A stretch of DNA of 64,000 nucleotides. Origin: Lepidodermella squamata. Lineage: Eukaryota > Animalia > Gastrotricha. Each line of letters starts with the position of its first letter. The first letter of the stretch is position 1. The translations under genes and the position numbers were made by a program. Below the pieces are notes generated by a model. It searched no databases. It saw nothing but the letters and a program-made list of their open reading frames with translations, and had not been told where the DNA came from. The stretch lies in assembly GCA_047495785.1 (NCBI GenBank), contig JBLDXI010000054.1:930001-994000 (forward strand), given 5' to 3'. Below are positions 34,115 to 45,670 of this stretch, piece by piece.

Positions 34115-36412
34115 ATGTTTCACATCGCCATCGCTGTTATGTTACTGTCTCACACGGCCATCGCTGAAGATAACAGGATCTTTCGAAAGCCAAAAAACCT
34201 TCAAATCCTTCGCATGCTACCGATTTCAGGTCTTGATGCAAGTCAATCCACAGCTAACCGTTTGGCATCTCAACTGGTCGCTGATCGAGTCAATGCCAGG
34301 CGTGACATTCTACCCGATTACCACATCGAAATGGTGTTTCGAGATGAATCCCTGGGCAACGCAGCTGCTAATCTGATCGTCAACTTTCGGCGGGATGGCG
34401 AGAACAACCCTTCTGTAATCCAAAGCTCGTTAGTCATCGGACCGGAGTTTTCAACTGGCTGCAAGGCTATTGGCCCAATTGTTGAATACCTCAATACTAT
34501 CAGTTTGACCGGCTTCTGCACGGCCCCTTTTCTGGCTGATCACAGCAAGGATCCGAATCTTTACCTTTCGTTGACAACCGGAAAGACCACTGGAATTTCA
34601 ATGCTGAGGTTCATGCGAGACGTTGGAAAATGGAACAAATTTGCGATTCTCTCGAACTCACTCAGCGTGAATGATTACGAAACAGCTTTTTTCCTCCACA
34701 ACAGAGCAACGGCGTTCGGGTTCACTATCCCTTGGTTCAATATGATCACCGATATCGACATGGAGATTGTTCAATCCTTGCAGCAAAGCGGAATAAGAAT
34801 CATCGTATTGAGCATAGGAAACTCATTGACAGTTCTCAAGTACCTATGCGAGTTCTTCAAGATCGGAATCACTGGCTCGAGATATGTTTTCATAATTCTT
34901 AGTGTTGGATTCTCAGCCGGCGTTGTACCAGGATGCACCAGTGATCAATTATGGGCACAATGGAGACAGGCTTTCATTTTCGGAAATACAAATCGGCCAT
35001 ACAATGCTACTAGCCTGAATGATTTGGGCTACAACGCAATCGAGTTTGAATCAATCATGATGCGACAAATGAATGTCTCTTCTACTGACTCGTTTCTGGT
35101 TGGCTACAATACTCACGATACTGTTTTGAAAGCTGTATTAGCCCTTGATAAGGCTAATATCATCCTGAAAGCTCGCTTTAACCTGACTCTGTCGGACTAT
35201 GGGACTCAACCCGAACTAGTCAACAAGGTTGTGAATGAGACCGTATTGAGGTCTAGCTTTACAGGCGTTAGGGTAGGTCCAATGTCCTACTCACCACATG
35301 GGCAAATCCTGGGAGATATACAATCTGTTGCCCAATGGAGGCCAGATACTGGCATGCAAAATGTTGCACTTCTTCGGCAACATTTCGAAAGTCAAAATAA
35401 CGAATTCTCATATGAGAGTTACTCCTTTGAAATAGTTCGTCAGATATTTTGGATATCTGGCAAAGCCCCAATCGATCGACCGAATCGGTTTATTCAAAAT
35501 ATTCGACTGCCCTTCGGCGTTTTTGTTGCTACTATTATCATAGCTGGTCTCAATACAGTTTTCCAAGCATCTGGAATCTTCGCGCTTGTCATGACAAGGC
35601 GTAAAATCACTACAACCTTCTGTTTCACAAAGGTTATCGGTTCTCTGGGTTGTATTGTCCTCAACGCCAGTGCAGTTCTGTTCTCCGTCAGCAATGACGA
35701 AGGAACTTCGAGCTTTTTTATCGCATCGATTGTAACGCTATGCTTCGGTGGTGGGATTGTGTTCAACAGTATTTCATCCAGGATATTTGTTTTTCGACTT
35801 GAAATACTAAGAAATGAAAGGGCTGCTAGTCGCACGGGGCGAAGCCATGATGGTTCTGCAGGTAATGCCACACGAACGGCGAGTGTGGAATTTTTCCGCA
35901 GATATCAGCGACGTAAGATTGGGAGGTCCAAAATGTTTTCAATGGACATAGCTTCGGCAAGACATTCCATACTCGGAAGCCTGATAATTGCTAGTATTTT
36001 GATTGCTTGGTTCCTCAGCCAGAATACCGTCTGCAGGCCTCAACTTATCGACAGCCCAGTGTACTTTGAAGAGACCGACACGATGGTCGAAACATTTGCC
36101 ATAAAATGCTCGGCGCAAAATAGCATCGCATTCCTGGCTGCGATTGGGCTTTTCGAGCTTGTCATCTTGGTGACTGCTTCGTTTTTTGCTTATCATTTGA
36201 ATCACGCTAAGAGGACCATTGCTGAGTATGGTCTCATATGCCTCGGAATAGCCAACTCGATAATGCTTTACATCGCGGGTGTCCTTATCGCGTTGGTTCT
36301 AGCTGAGAGATTGATTGAGCAGCAGATTGCGATTATTTTTTCCACTCTTGCTATTTCGTCATCAACTTCAGCTACCTGGATGTGGCCGATTCTCCACAAA
36401 TCAGCACTTTAA
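34115..36412 (+). CDS. Class C (GABA-B-like) orphan GPCR, intronless, 765 aa
   Basis: Close paralog of the 28249 and 43367 genes with the full domain set. Confidence 0.9.
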   Translation: MFHIAIAVMLLSHTAIAEDNRIFRKPKNLQILRMLPISGLDASQSTANRLASQLVADRVNARRDILPDYHIEMVFRDESLGNAAANLIVNFRRDGENNPSVIQSSLVIGPEFSTGCKAIGPIVEYLNTISLTGFCTAPFLADHSKDPNLYLSLTTGKTTGISMLRFMRDVGKWNKFAILSNSLSVNDYETAFFLHNRATAFGFTIPWFNMITDIDMEIVQSLQQSGIRIIVLSIGNSLTVLKYLCEFFKIGITGSRYVFIILSVGFSAGVVPGCTSDQLWAQWRQAFIFGNTNRPYNATSLNDLGYNAIEFESIMMRQMNVSSTDSFLVGYNTHDTVLKAVLALDKANIILKARFNLTLSDYGTQPELVNKVVNETVLRSSFTGVRVGPMSYSPHGQILGDIQSVAQWRPDTGMQNVALLRQHFESQNNEFSYESYSFEIVRQIFWISGKAPIDRPNRFIQNIRLPFGVFVATIIIAGLNTVFQASGIFALVMTRRKITTTFCFTKVIGSLGCIVLNASAVLFSVSNDEGTSSFFIASIVTLCFGGGIVFNSISSRIFVFRLEILRNERAASRTGRSHDGSAGNATRTASVEFFRRYQRRKIGRSKMFSMDIASARHSILGSLIIASILIAWFLSQNTVCRPQLIDSPVYFEETDTMVETFAIKCSAQNSIAFLAAIGLFELVILVTASFFAYHLNHAKRTIAEYGLICLGIANSIMLYIAGVLIALVLAERLIEQQIAIIFSTLAISSSTSATWMWPILHKSAL

Positions 36413-36829
36413 AATCTTCAATTAATCTGCATTACATCGATACCGCAAATTTAATCCTTTCGCCATGAATTTCACTTATATCCATAGATATCGTTAATGT
36501 ATATGAAAAAGTAAAATGTTGCGGTTAAATCTGTCACAATGCTAATTGATATAATATGTGATTGATATATTTATTAGTTCAGTCCCTAGCAGAGCGGAAA
36601 TTATCATTTTGTTTTCCGGCCGATTTTATACATAGGATTTTATACATAGGATAGGGGAAGACTTAATGTACCATAAACCACGACCTAGTACTAGTGCGCA
36701 ATGTTCTAGCCTCATGAGTCATTTACCAGGTTCCTACTTAAACTACATGATTGTTTTCTTTAATTTCTTTACCTTTTTTGGTTTTTTGTCGTGAGATCAC
36801 GAAACGACAAAGAAACGCTGCCTGGGAAT

Positions 36830-37505
36830 AAGCTAGTCATGCCACGTGACCATGCAGACGTTGATACGGAAGTGTAGTGCAGTTATTCTTCTTCCTGCCG
36901 ATTGATTGCTGTCAGTCGCCAATGAACCAGTCTTATATGTTGCTTTAGATTTATTATTTCAATTCTTGGTTATTTTCTTCGAGTCGGCACGCACGGGATT
37001 CATTTTATGTAAAAAAAATAAGGGAAAAATTGCGATCGTGATGTAGGCGGCCTTTCTGAATCAAACTGTATACCCTAGTAACAATATCTCAATGCATTTC
37101 CACGCTGTAGACAAAATGGCCTTGCATGAGAATGCATAGCGGTTGTAACTTGGCTTGTATGGCCATGCAGCTGAAGTTATTCAGCTGTTACTTAGACATG
37201 CGTTGCCGATGCATGGTGCTTTGGTTTGCTCTGCCAACGCAGGTTCAATGTCCATGCATTTTTCGCTAGGATATTTATTAGTGCGTAGTCAACCTGCATA
37301 AGTGACAAAACAGAAGTTTTAGGGATCATTTTCACGCGGCGTGTCGTCTCTCAGTTTCCTGAAATTCGTGTAGCCTAAGCTCTCATTTGTCATGGCATCC
37401 TTCCGCTCACAATCCAGTCACAAAATCATCTTTTTTGTCTTTTTCATTTTCGAGGAACTATATAGGTAGTTGCCTTCATTCTTTCGGTGTTCGCATTGAA
37501 GACAG
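36830..37505 (+). repeat. Orphan copy of the upstream module of the 34115/43367 class C genes
   Basis: Aligns with about 40945-41553 plus 43159-43190; its 3' part aligns with about 33540-33712 (GTTTCCTGAAAT...CCTTCCGCTCA.AATCCAG). Confidence 0.7.
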
Positions 37506-37837
37506 CGTTCTTCTTGCTAGGCTAGGCTTGCTTTGAGTCTAGCTGGCAGTTTGACTGAACAGTAAATTGGAATAGCCTGTTCTGCTCTCGCTTTTTCGAC
37601 ATCAACTTCCGCTACTTTGAATTTGAAATAGAAATAGAAGAAAGAATTTGGCAGGCTATCTCAGTTTTAACTTCTTTCTTCATATTGCTCCGAAAGCAAA
37701 ATCAAACTGAGGCGATTGTCAGTTTATTAGAAATAGTGTAAATGCCGAAATAGTGACAAATTTCTCTCTGAATAAACGGGAATTGATAAAGACACCACAC
37801 ATTGAATCCATCCTCATCTGAAGTTCGTTGTTCAGTT

Positions 37838-40198
37838 TTATCGCATGATTTCAGCAAAGTTTGAACGAGCTGGCATTAACCCGTTCGGACAGCGACGCTT
37901 GAGGACCGGGTACAGCAATGCAGCCGATTCGAGAATTGAGAATACCATTGTTGCAAAACTGATTGCTGATTGCTGATTGGCCGGAGTCGCCTCGAATATC
38001 ACAGCAATCAAAACACCCGCAGGCAACACAGAGGCCCCGGTAATAGCAGCCATGCAAGTTGCTGGAAACTCTCGGCAATGCTCCGAAACACCCCGGATTT
38101 GTTTCAGCTGAAATGCAACCATCAACGAGTAGATAAGCATCAACATCTGAATGACCCCGAGCGATCCTAGCAGGGCAAGGCTAACTCCCGACCAGGCGCA
38201 TTTGACAAACCATGTTTCCTCTATCGTGTCAGAAATTTCATCGTAAATTCGACGCTGACTTGGCTGTTCAACGCATTTTGAGCTCTGATTTACGACTAAC
38301 CAGGCGATAACCAGACATAAACTAGGGCAAGCTACAACTGGCCCGTAAATAGCTGTTTTGCGGTCAAATGTTTCAAATGACACGGATGTAAATCCAAGTA
38401 TCGGTTTTTGCGATTCAACCGTGGATCGATGAAGACTTGTTGCTGCAGACGGGCGTGCAACGCTAAATCGCGATCTCCTTAGCGCATCGCGAATGTTCGA
38501 TTTGACATACGAATTTATGACAGACATTCGTGCTGTGATCATGCCGCAAACTATGATCAAACCGAGCCCTAGAAGGAAAAACGAGGCGTTGTCAATCACG
38601 GCACTTCCTGCACTTCGGTCCATCACGAAAAGGACTGATGCTGCGTTGAGACTCAGACAGCCGATCAAGCATACAATTTTGAAACGTCCGAAATTCCAAG
38701 GGCCACATTTCTTGAAAAAGATCGCTGTCAGGCCTAACAGCTGAATACAGGACGTGAAAGCCACCAAGGTTAATATAATCGTAAACACTGCTGTTGAAAT
38801 TCGGAGAAACTCCCTCCGCGAAATTGGTTGATCAAGTGGAGGAGTTTGCAAGATCCAATTTGTGAAATAGGCCGATTCTAGTGAGTAACTTCTTAGATCG
38901 AATTCCTCCAGACTTTTGTTCAAACTTTGCTTGACTAAGTACACAGTTTGCATTCCTGCTGACTGACTCCATTGAGTCACAACTTGAATATCCCCTACCA
39001 GTTGGCCATTTTTACTGTAAGAAGTTCTACCGACTCGGATTCCATTCGGTTCACTAGCAAGGATAACCTCTCTCGCTATCGAAGCTACTAATTCTGGCCG
39101 GGTGTTGTAGTCTCTCAGGGAAAGGTTAAACTCAGCCTTCAGCCTGCGATCTGTCTCATTCAGAGCCAATGCAACGGCTGTATAAACCCCGTGGAAGTGA
39201 AATGAGGTCAAGTATTCATCCACAGTGAAGTTTGTTTTTCGGCTAATGAAAGTCTCAAATTCATCCGCTGTATCTCCAAGGTCGGAAATTCTGTCGCGAA
39301 TCGTAGGTCGTTGCGCATTCCCGAAGTAGAAGGTTTGTCTGGCTTGGTCTCTCAGCATTTCCGAACTGCAGCCGGGTAATGGAGTCAATGAGAAAGCTGT
39401 TGAACGCGCGAGGAAGACAAATCGCGGCCCAGTTATTCCAGCCTTGTATGCCTCGCAAAGGAACCTAGGAACGATCTCTGAGCTGAAGCTAAATATGGCT
39501 ATAATTCTCAGCCCTGATTGCTTCAAGCTTGCGGTTAACTCGGGTGTAATTTCATTCAAAAGGCTGAAAAATGGAACTTCAACCCCTGCCGCAATTGCTC
39601 GATCGTTGAAAAACAATCCGGTTATTAAATCGTTAGCTTCAAGGGTTGATGTGAGCGAGGCAACCTTGTCCCATCTACCCACCTGCTTTATAAAGGTCAA
39701 CATTGCCATGACAGTCGTTTTTGACGTTGATAATGTCAGGAAAATATTCGGGTATAATTTCTTATCCGTCAAAAAGGTGGCGCTGCAATAGGACGATAAT
39801 GAAATTGAGTGAATGTGGCTCAGAAAAGGCCCTATAGTCTTGCAGCCTGTTGAAAAAGCCGGTCCTGCGACGATCGGTGATTGCAGCCCGATGGACGGGT
39901 CCTCTCTGCGGAAGTCAATCAACCGGGAAGCTGCTTTCATCCCGACAAACTCATCAATTATTTCAAATTCGATAAAGTAGTCGCTTAGGACGTCGCTCCT
40001 CGCATTTATTCTATCTGCGACATATCGAATGGTTAATATACCGGCTTGTACCTGTTTCGGGTCGATCAGGTAAATCGGGAATAGCGATGCTACGCGGAGC
40101 TTTTGAGATTTGAACCCCGAGTCAGCCGTTGAATGAAATGCTGAGAGATGCGAAAGTAGAATAAACAAAAGTTTGACGAACGTTTTTTGAACCATCAT
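37838..40198 (-). CDS. Class C (GABA-B-like) orphan GPCR, intronless, 786 aa (divergent member)
   Basis: INARSDVLSDY, VAGPAFSTGC, LCEAYKAGITGP, stalk WILQTPPLDQP, 7TM, ECL2 C-x24-C. Confidence 0.9.
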   Translation of the reverse strand: MMVQKTFVKLLFILLSHLSAFHSTADSGFKSQKLRVASLFPIYLIDPKQVQAGILTIRYVADRINARSDVLSDYFIEFEIIDEFVGMKAASRLIDFRREDPSIGLQSPIVAGPAFSTGCKTIGPFLSHIHSISLSSYCSATFLTDKKLYPNIFLTLSTSKTTVMAMLTFIKQVGRWDKVASLTSTLEANDLITGLFFNDRAIAAGVEVPFFSLLNEITPELTASLKQSGLRIIAIFSFSSEIVPRFLCEAYKAGITGPRFVFLARSTAFSLTPLPGCSSEMLRDQARQTFYFGNAQRPTIRDRISDLGDTADEFETFISRKTNFTVDEYLTSFHFHGVYTAVALALNETDRRLKAEFNLSLRDYNTRPELVASIAREVILASEPNGIRVGRTSYSKNGQLVGDIQVVTQWSQSAGMQTVYLVKQSLNKSLEEFDLRSYSLESAYFTNWILQTPPLDQPISRREFLRISTAVFTIILTLVAFTSCIQLLGLTAIFFKKCGPWNFGRFKIVCLIGCLSLNAASVLFVMDRSAGSAVIDNASFFLLGLGLIIVCGMITARMSVINSYVKSNIRDALRRSRFSVARPSAATSLHRSTVESQKPILGFTSVSFETFDRKTAIYGPVVACPSLCLVIAWLVVNQSSKCVEQPSQRRIYDEISDTIEETWFVKCAWSGVSLALLGSLGVIQMLMLIYSLMVAFQLKQIRGVSEHCREFPATCMAAITGASVLPAGVLIAVIFEATPANQQSAISFATMVFSILESAALLYPVLKRRCPNGLMPARSNFAEIMR

Positions 40199-41553
40199 GA
40201 TCTAATGATCAGTTAGAGAAAAACGTAAAATACTAATTGTCGGGGTTTGAAACCAAGAACTTCCGCTTGCATTGGAGCAGAAGTGTAGGATAAGTTGTTT
40301 GTCAAATCGATATAAAGCCCTGCATGTTGTCAAAACCGATAAAGATGCCTCGACGTCTCGGTCAAATTTCATTCATGGCAGGGCATTTCCCATGAAAATT
40401 TTATCAACGCAATACTATAGTGTTGTCAGTTATGATCTCATCCTGCATCGCCACATTTAATATCGGCTTGCTTTTCTCCCGAAAAATGAGAAAACAAAAC
40501 ACGGGCGGTCCGCAGCCCGCCCTGAATCGATTCTAAGGCAGAACTCCCCAAACATAAACCTCAATAAATCATCGCTCTTCATAGATTGTTACCTATTTTA
40601 GTTGATTTACCTTATAAGGCGAGCTACCCTGCCAAGCTGCTAAAACCAAAGTGCTGAAAATCTGATTCAAAACATGCATGAAATTACCTTTGCTGTCCTA
40701 ATTCAAAGAAGAGAATTATTTGAATACAGTATGGTCAATGGTCAACATGAATGAGACTCCGCTTTTTCAGTTTTAGTTTATCACGCCCCAGAGCAATGGT
40801 AAATTTCGCTCCTTTTTGCTAATATTAATTTTTCGCCGTGAGATGAAGTAAAAAAAAGATGAAACACAAGGCTGTAAAACATGCGAAAATAGCGCACTTG
40901 GCGCACCCTGGTTGCAGCCCTGATGAAACAACCTTGGAACTTTGATAGTCATTGAAGCCACGTGACCATGCAGACGTTGATCCTGCAATACAGAAGCGTA
41001 ACATAATTACATATAGTCTTATGTAAAGTTTTAGATTGATTATTCCGATTCCTGGCCGTTGTTTTCTTTTGCAAGAAGAATTTTCAAAAAGGCCAGCCCG
41101 GGCTTGTATAATTCGTTTGGTAAACAACAAGAAGGAGAAAGTACTGATCGTGATTTGAGCGGTTTTTTGAATGGCATTCTTATTAATACATCTTAACGCA
41201 TTAACATGGGAAAGCCACGTAAATGCATTGCGGTTGCGACTTGGCTAGCATGACCATGCGTTGAAGATCTTCAGCTATTGAACCGACATGTCTTGCCGAT
41301 GCATGGAACGTCCAGACGCATGTCCATGCCCTTACTTTTTCCGCTATGATATGCATTACTGCGTAGTCAACCGGAATGAGAGACAAACAACAGAAGTTAT
41401 CGGGATCATTTTCATCGCTTGTCGCGTTTCCGTTTCCTGAAATTTATTTATCCCTCGCTCTCACGGCCTCCTTCCGCTCATAATCCAGTCACCAAATCCT
41501 CCCTGAGTCTGTGTCATTCTACGGGAAAGGAACTTATTAAATAGGGGCTCTAT

Positions 41554-43150
41554 CATAGACAATGATGGTACAGATCGGACACTCACGCACTTCGCATTGA
41601 AACACTAATTATGCGTGGATCGGCCATTATAAATCCGGCCGAAAAGTCGTTGTTCTCCTAAATTCTTGAAAAAAATATCGAAAAATCGGGCATTTTTTTA
41701 CGTTTATAATGATCCAAGTCCCGTAGTGCGGTTCGATTTCGTTGCCGAGAAAATCAATATCGAAAAATCGATTACTCACACTCTGTATTGTTGTGTTGCG
41801 TCATCGCGTGCCATGCTCACTCAATAAAAATAAGCATTCGAAAAATGTAAAGTTGTTGTGTGCATGTGTCATTAAAGTCAGCACTTCAGAGGAATTTTTT
41901 AAGGACGATTTCTTGAAATCTATTTCCTACCCATTTTTATTGAGTTTCATTTGTTGCGACGATAGCAGCCAAAAGGTGAGTGATGATCCTCCTTAAATTG
42001 TGCTCATTTTTATTTTTTTTCCAAAATATTGAAACCGATAAAAATATTTAGTATAGGCTGCAAAATTGTGAAAGAAATTTGAAGTAGGTTTTATTATAAA
42101 TCTATGAAACAAAATCTCATTTAATGGAAAATAATTCGAAAATTGATTAAATTCAATTTAAAATTTAAAAATTGATTTTTCCATAATTTTTTTGAATTTT
42201 TCGATATTTTTTTATTCAGACCAAGGTTGATTTTGCCTCGATAATTGAGACTTGAATTATATGGAGATTTGTTCTTAACAACTTTATTTTCTTCTAGGTT
42301 GCTGAGCTTCATGATTTAACTGAATGGGACGAAATTGAAGCTGAAGACGAGTTACTGCAAAGAGGAATGGAGTACGAAGCAACGCTCCCCTAATTGGGGA
42401 AGAAATTATTGCCAACATTGGTGGATTTTGCGTCAAAAAACTTCTAACTGACAAGCTGAAATGCCCCGGCTGTATCGATTCCCTGACACGCGATTTCCTT
42501 CTGACTCCATGCCGTGTGATAAAGGGCTTCAGTTTCCGAAAACAAGACGGGAAATTATGGTAATAAACATTTTGCTTGGAATTCGCTATCTAAAAGTTGT
42601 ACGATTTCAGTCTCACTCGCCCGTCATTGACGGTATATCGAATCGTGAAATCAAGCTCAAAATGGGGCAGGTGGCTATGAAGCAACCGACGAAAAGCCGT
42701 AAAGCGGCTCAAAACCAAAACACGTGAATGAAAAATGAAAAACGCTTCAATTTTTTTCTATTTTGATATCTATCTACTATTTTTCGATCAACTTAAATTA
42801 AAGCTGAAAAATAGCAATAAAAATGGAGTATGCCACAGATGTTCGTTTTTCGTAACAATCAAATTTTGAGTGGCGCTAAAAAAAACTTGAAAATAGACTT
42901 AACAACTGACAAAAATCGCTACAATCTTTTTTCCTAATTTAAAAATCATAGGGAAGGAACCGCACCTCGAAGTTTGCATCACTAGCATCCTTGAAAGATG
43001 TGGAATTTTTAGGTCCAAGTTTCAAAAAATTCCGAGGCCTACGACTATTTACACCTTTTAAATCAATGCATTCAATTTAGTGTGCAAATTTATGGTTTAA
43101 CGTAAACAGGCAAGTGCGTGAGTGTCCGATCTGTTACATCATTGTCTATG
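41554..43150 (+). mobile_element. P-superfamily DNA transposon, internally deleted, 1597 bp
   Basis: 39-bp TIRs starting CATAGACAATGATG (2 mismatches); 8-bp TSD GGCTCTAT at 41546-41553 and 43151-43158; frameshifted remnant at about 42299-42560 with an acidic stretch then IIANIGGFCVKKLLTDKLKCPGCIDSL, resembling the C-terminal region of P/THAP9 transposases. Confidence 0.8.
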
Positions 43151-43366
43151 GGCTCTATCTTTATTCTTTCGGGTTAACTTTGAAGAAAGTGTCTGGGTGA
43201 TCTGTATTGGAGATTAGGGTAGTGTGCCACGATAATTAATAAGTAGGTTATAAGCCTGAAACTAGTGAGAACACAAATGGTCCGTTCATGGATGAGCACA
43301 AGCCATACAATTCACTTCAGATTTGCATGCCATTGATAATCCATTTTAAAAGTATTTTTAGCTTCG

Positions 43367-45670
43367 ATGATGATTCATATTGCTGTCGCTGTGATTCTAC
43401 TGTCACACAGGACGATTGCACAAGAGAACAGAACCTTCCGAAAGCCGAAAACGCTTCAAATACTTCGTATGATACCGATTTCGGGTCTTGATGCAAGTCA
43501 ACCTATAGCTCACCGCTTGGCGTCTCAATTGATCGCTGATCGAGTTAATGCAAGAAATGATATTCTGCCTGATTACCACATCGAAATGGTGTTTCGCGAC
43601 GAAAATCTAGGAAACGCAGCTGCTAACCTCATCGTCAATTTTCGACGCGAAAGTGAAAACAACCGATCTATCATTCAAAGCCCCTTAGTCATCGGACCGG
43701 AGTTCTCAACTGGCTGCAAGGCAATTGGTCCAATTGTTGGATACTTGAATACTATCAGTTTAACCGGCTACTGTGCAGCCCCTTTTCTAGCAGATCACAG
43801 CAAGAACCCTAATCTTTACCTTTCACTGACAACAGGCAAAACAACTGCAATTTCAATGCTGAGGTTCATGCGAGACGTTGGGAAATGGAATAAATTTGCG
43901 ATTCTTTCGAACTCACTCAGCGTGAGTGACTACGGAACAGCTTTTTTCCTCCACAACCGAGCTACTGCGTTCGGATTCAACGTCCCTTGGTTCAATATGG
44001 TCACCGATATCGACATGGAGATCGTTAGATCGCTACAGCAAAGCGGAATAAGGATAATCGTATTGAGCACAGGAAATTTAAATATAATTCTCAAGTACCT
44101 ATGCGAGTTGTTCAGAATTGGAATTACTGGCCCGAGATATGCTTTCCTAATTCTTAGTTTGGGCTTCTCAACCGGCACTGTGCCGGGTTGTACAAGTGAG
44201 CAATTATGGGCACAGTGGAGGCAGGCTTTCATCTTCGGAAACACAAATCAGCCCTATAATGCAACCGGCCTGAATGATTTAGGCTACAACGCAATCGAGT
44301 TCGAATCGATCATGATGCAACAAATGAATGTCTCTTCTACTGACTCGTTTCTAGTTGGCTACAATACTCACGATACTGTTTTGAAAGCTATATTAGCCCT
44401 TCATAAGGCTGATGTTAGCTTGAAAGCTCGCTTCAATCTGACTTTATCGGACTATGGAACGCAACCAGAGCTGGTTAACAAAGTTGTGAATGAGACAGTC
44501 CTGACGTCTAGCTTCACTGGAAATAGGGTTGGTCTAATGTCCTACTCACCACGGGGACAAATTCAGGGTGATTTGCAAGCCGTGGCTCAATGGAGACCAG
44601 ACACTGGAATGCAAAACGTGGCACTTCTCAGGCAACAAATGGATAGTCAGAAGGACGAATTTTCCTACGAGAGTTATTCCCTTGAAATAGTTCGCCAAGT
44701 GTTTTGGATATCTGGCAAAACCCCGATCGATCAGCCGATTCGGGCTATTCAACAAATTCGACTGCCAGGAGGCGTTTTCTTTGCGACAGTTGCTATAACC
44801 GGTCTCCTCACAGTATTCCAAACATCTGGGATTTTCGCGTTGGTTAAAACGAGACGTAACATCTCAACAACCTTCTGTTTCACAAAGATTATCGGCTTTC
44901 TTGGTTGTTTAATTCTCAACGCCAGTGCAGTTTTGTTCTCCTTCAACAATGATGACGGGAAACCGAGCCTGACCGTCGCGTCGATTGCAACGCTATGCTT
45001 TGGAGGTTCAATTGTGTTCAACAGTGTATCATCCAGGATGATGGTTATTCGAAGAGAAATGCAAAGTAATGAAAGGGCTAAGAGTCGTACGGGGCGAAGT
45101 CTTCACGCTTCCGCTAGTAATGCCTCACGAACGACAAGTGTTGAAATGTACCCTAGACATCGAAAATCAACCAAGATTGGGAGATCGCGGATGCTTTCAA
45201 TGGACAAAGCTTCGATGGGCATATCAATAACCGCAAGCCTGATTATTGCAGGCATTTTGATTGCTTGGTTTGTCAGTCAAGATACCGTTTGCGAGTCTCA
45301 ACTAATCGGAAGTCCGGCTTATTTTGAAGAGATTGATACCATGGTCGAAAGCTTTGCTGAGAAATGCACGGCGAAAAATGGCATTGCATTTCTAGCTGCG
45401 ATTGGGCTTCTCGAGCTTCTCATCTTGGTGGCTGCATCGTTTTTCGCGTATCATTTGAATCACGCTAAGAGGACCATTGACGAGTATGCTCTCATATGCC
45501 TCGGAATAGCCAATTCGTTTATGCTTTACATTGCGGGTGTCCTTGTCGCGTTGGTTCTAGCTGAAAGATTGATTGAGCAGCAGATTGGTATTATCTTTTC
45601 TATTCTTGCTATATCTGCTTCAACTTCAGCTACCTGGCTCTGGCCGATTGTCAAAAAAGCAGAATTTTGA
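43367..45670 (+). CDS. Class C (GABA-B-like) orphan GPCR, intronless, 767 aa
   Basis: Close paralog of the 28249 and 34115 genes with the full domain set. Confidence 0.9.
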   Translation: MMIHIAVAVILLSHRTIAQENRTFRKPKTLQILRMIPISGLDASQPIAHRLASQLIADRVNARNDILPDYHIEMVFRDENLGNAAANLIVNFRRESENNRSIIQSPLVIGPEFSTGCKAIGPIVGYLNTISLTGYCAAPFLADHSKNPNLYLSLTTGKTTAISMLRFMRDVGKWNKFAILSNSLSVSDYGTAFFLHNRATAFGFNVPWFNMVTDIDMEIVRSLQQSGIRIIVLSTGNLNIILKYLCELFRIGITGPRYAFLILSLGFSTGTVPGCTSEQLWAQWRQAFIFGNTNQPYNATGLNDLGYNAIEFESIMMQQMNVSSTDSFLVGYNTHDTVLKAILALHKADVSLKARFNLTLSDYGTQPELVNKVVNETVLTSSFTGNRVGLMSYSPRGQIQGDLQAVAQWRPDTGMQNVALLRQQMDSQKDEFSYESYSLEIVRQVFWISGKTPIDQPIRAIQQIRLPGGVFFATVAITGLLTVFQTSGIFALVKTRRNISTTFCFTKIIGFLGCLILNASAVLFSFNNDDGKPSLTVASIATLCFGGSIVFNSVSSRMMVIRREMQSNERAKSRTGRSLHASASNASRTTSVEMYPRHRKSTKIGRSRMLSMDKASMGISITASLIIAGILIAWFVSQDTVCESQLIGSPAYFEEIDTMVESFAEKCTAKNGIAFLAAIGLLELLILVAASFFAYHLNHAKRTIDEYALICLGIANSFMLYIAGVLVALVLAERLIEQQIGIIFSILAISASTSATWLWPIVKKAEF

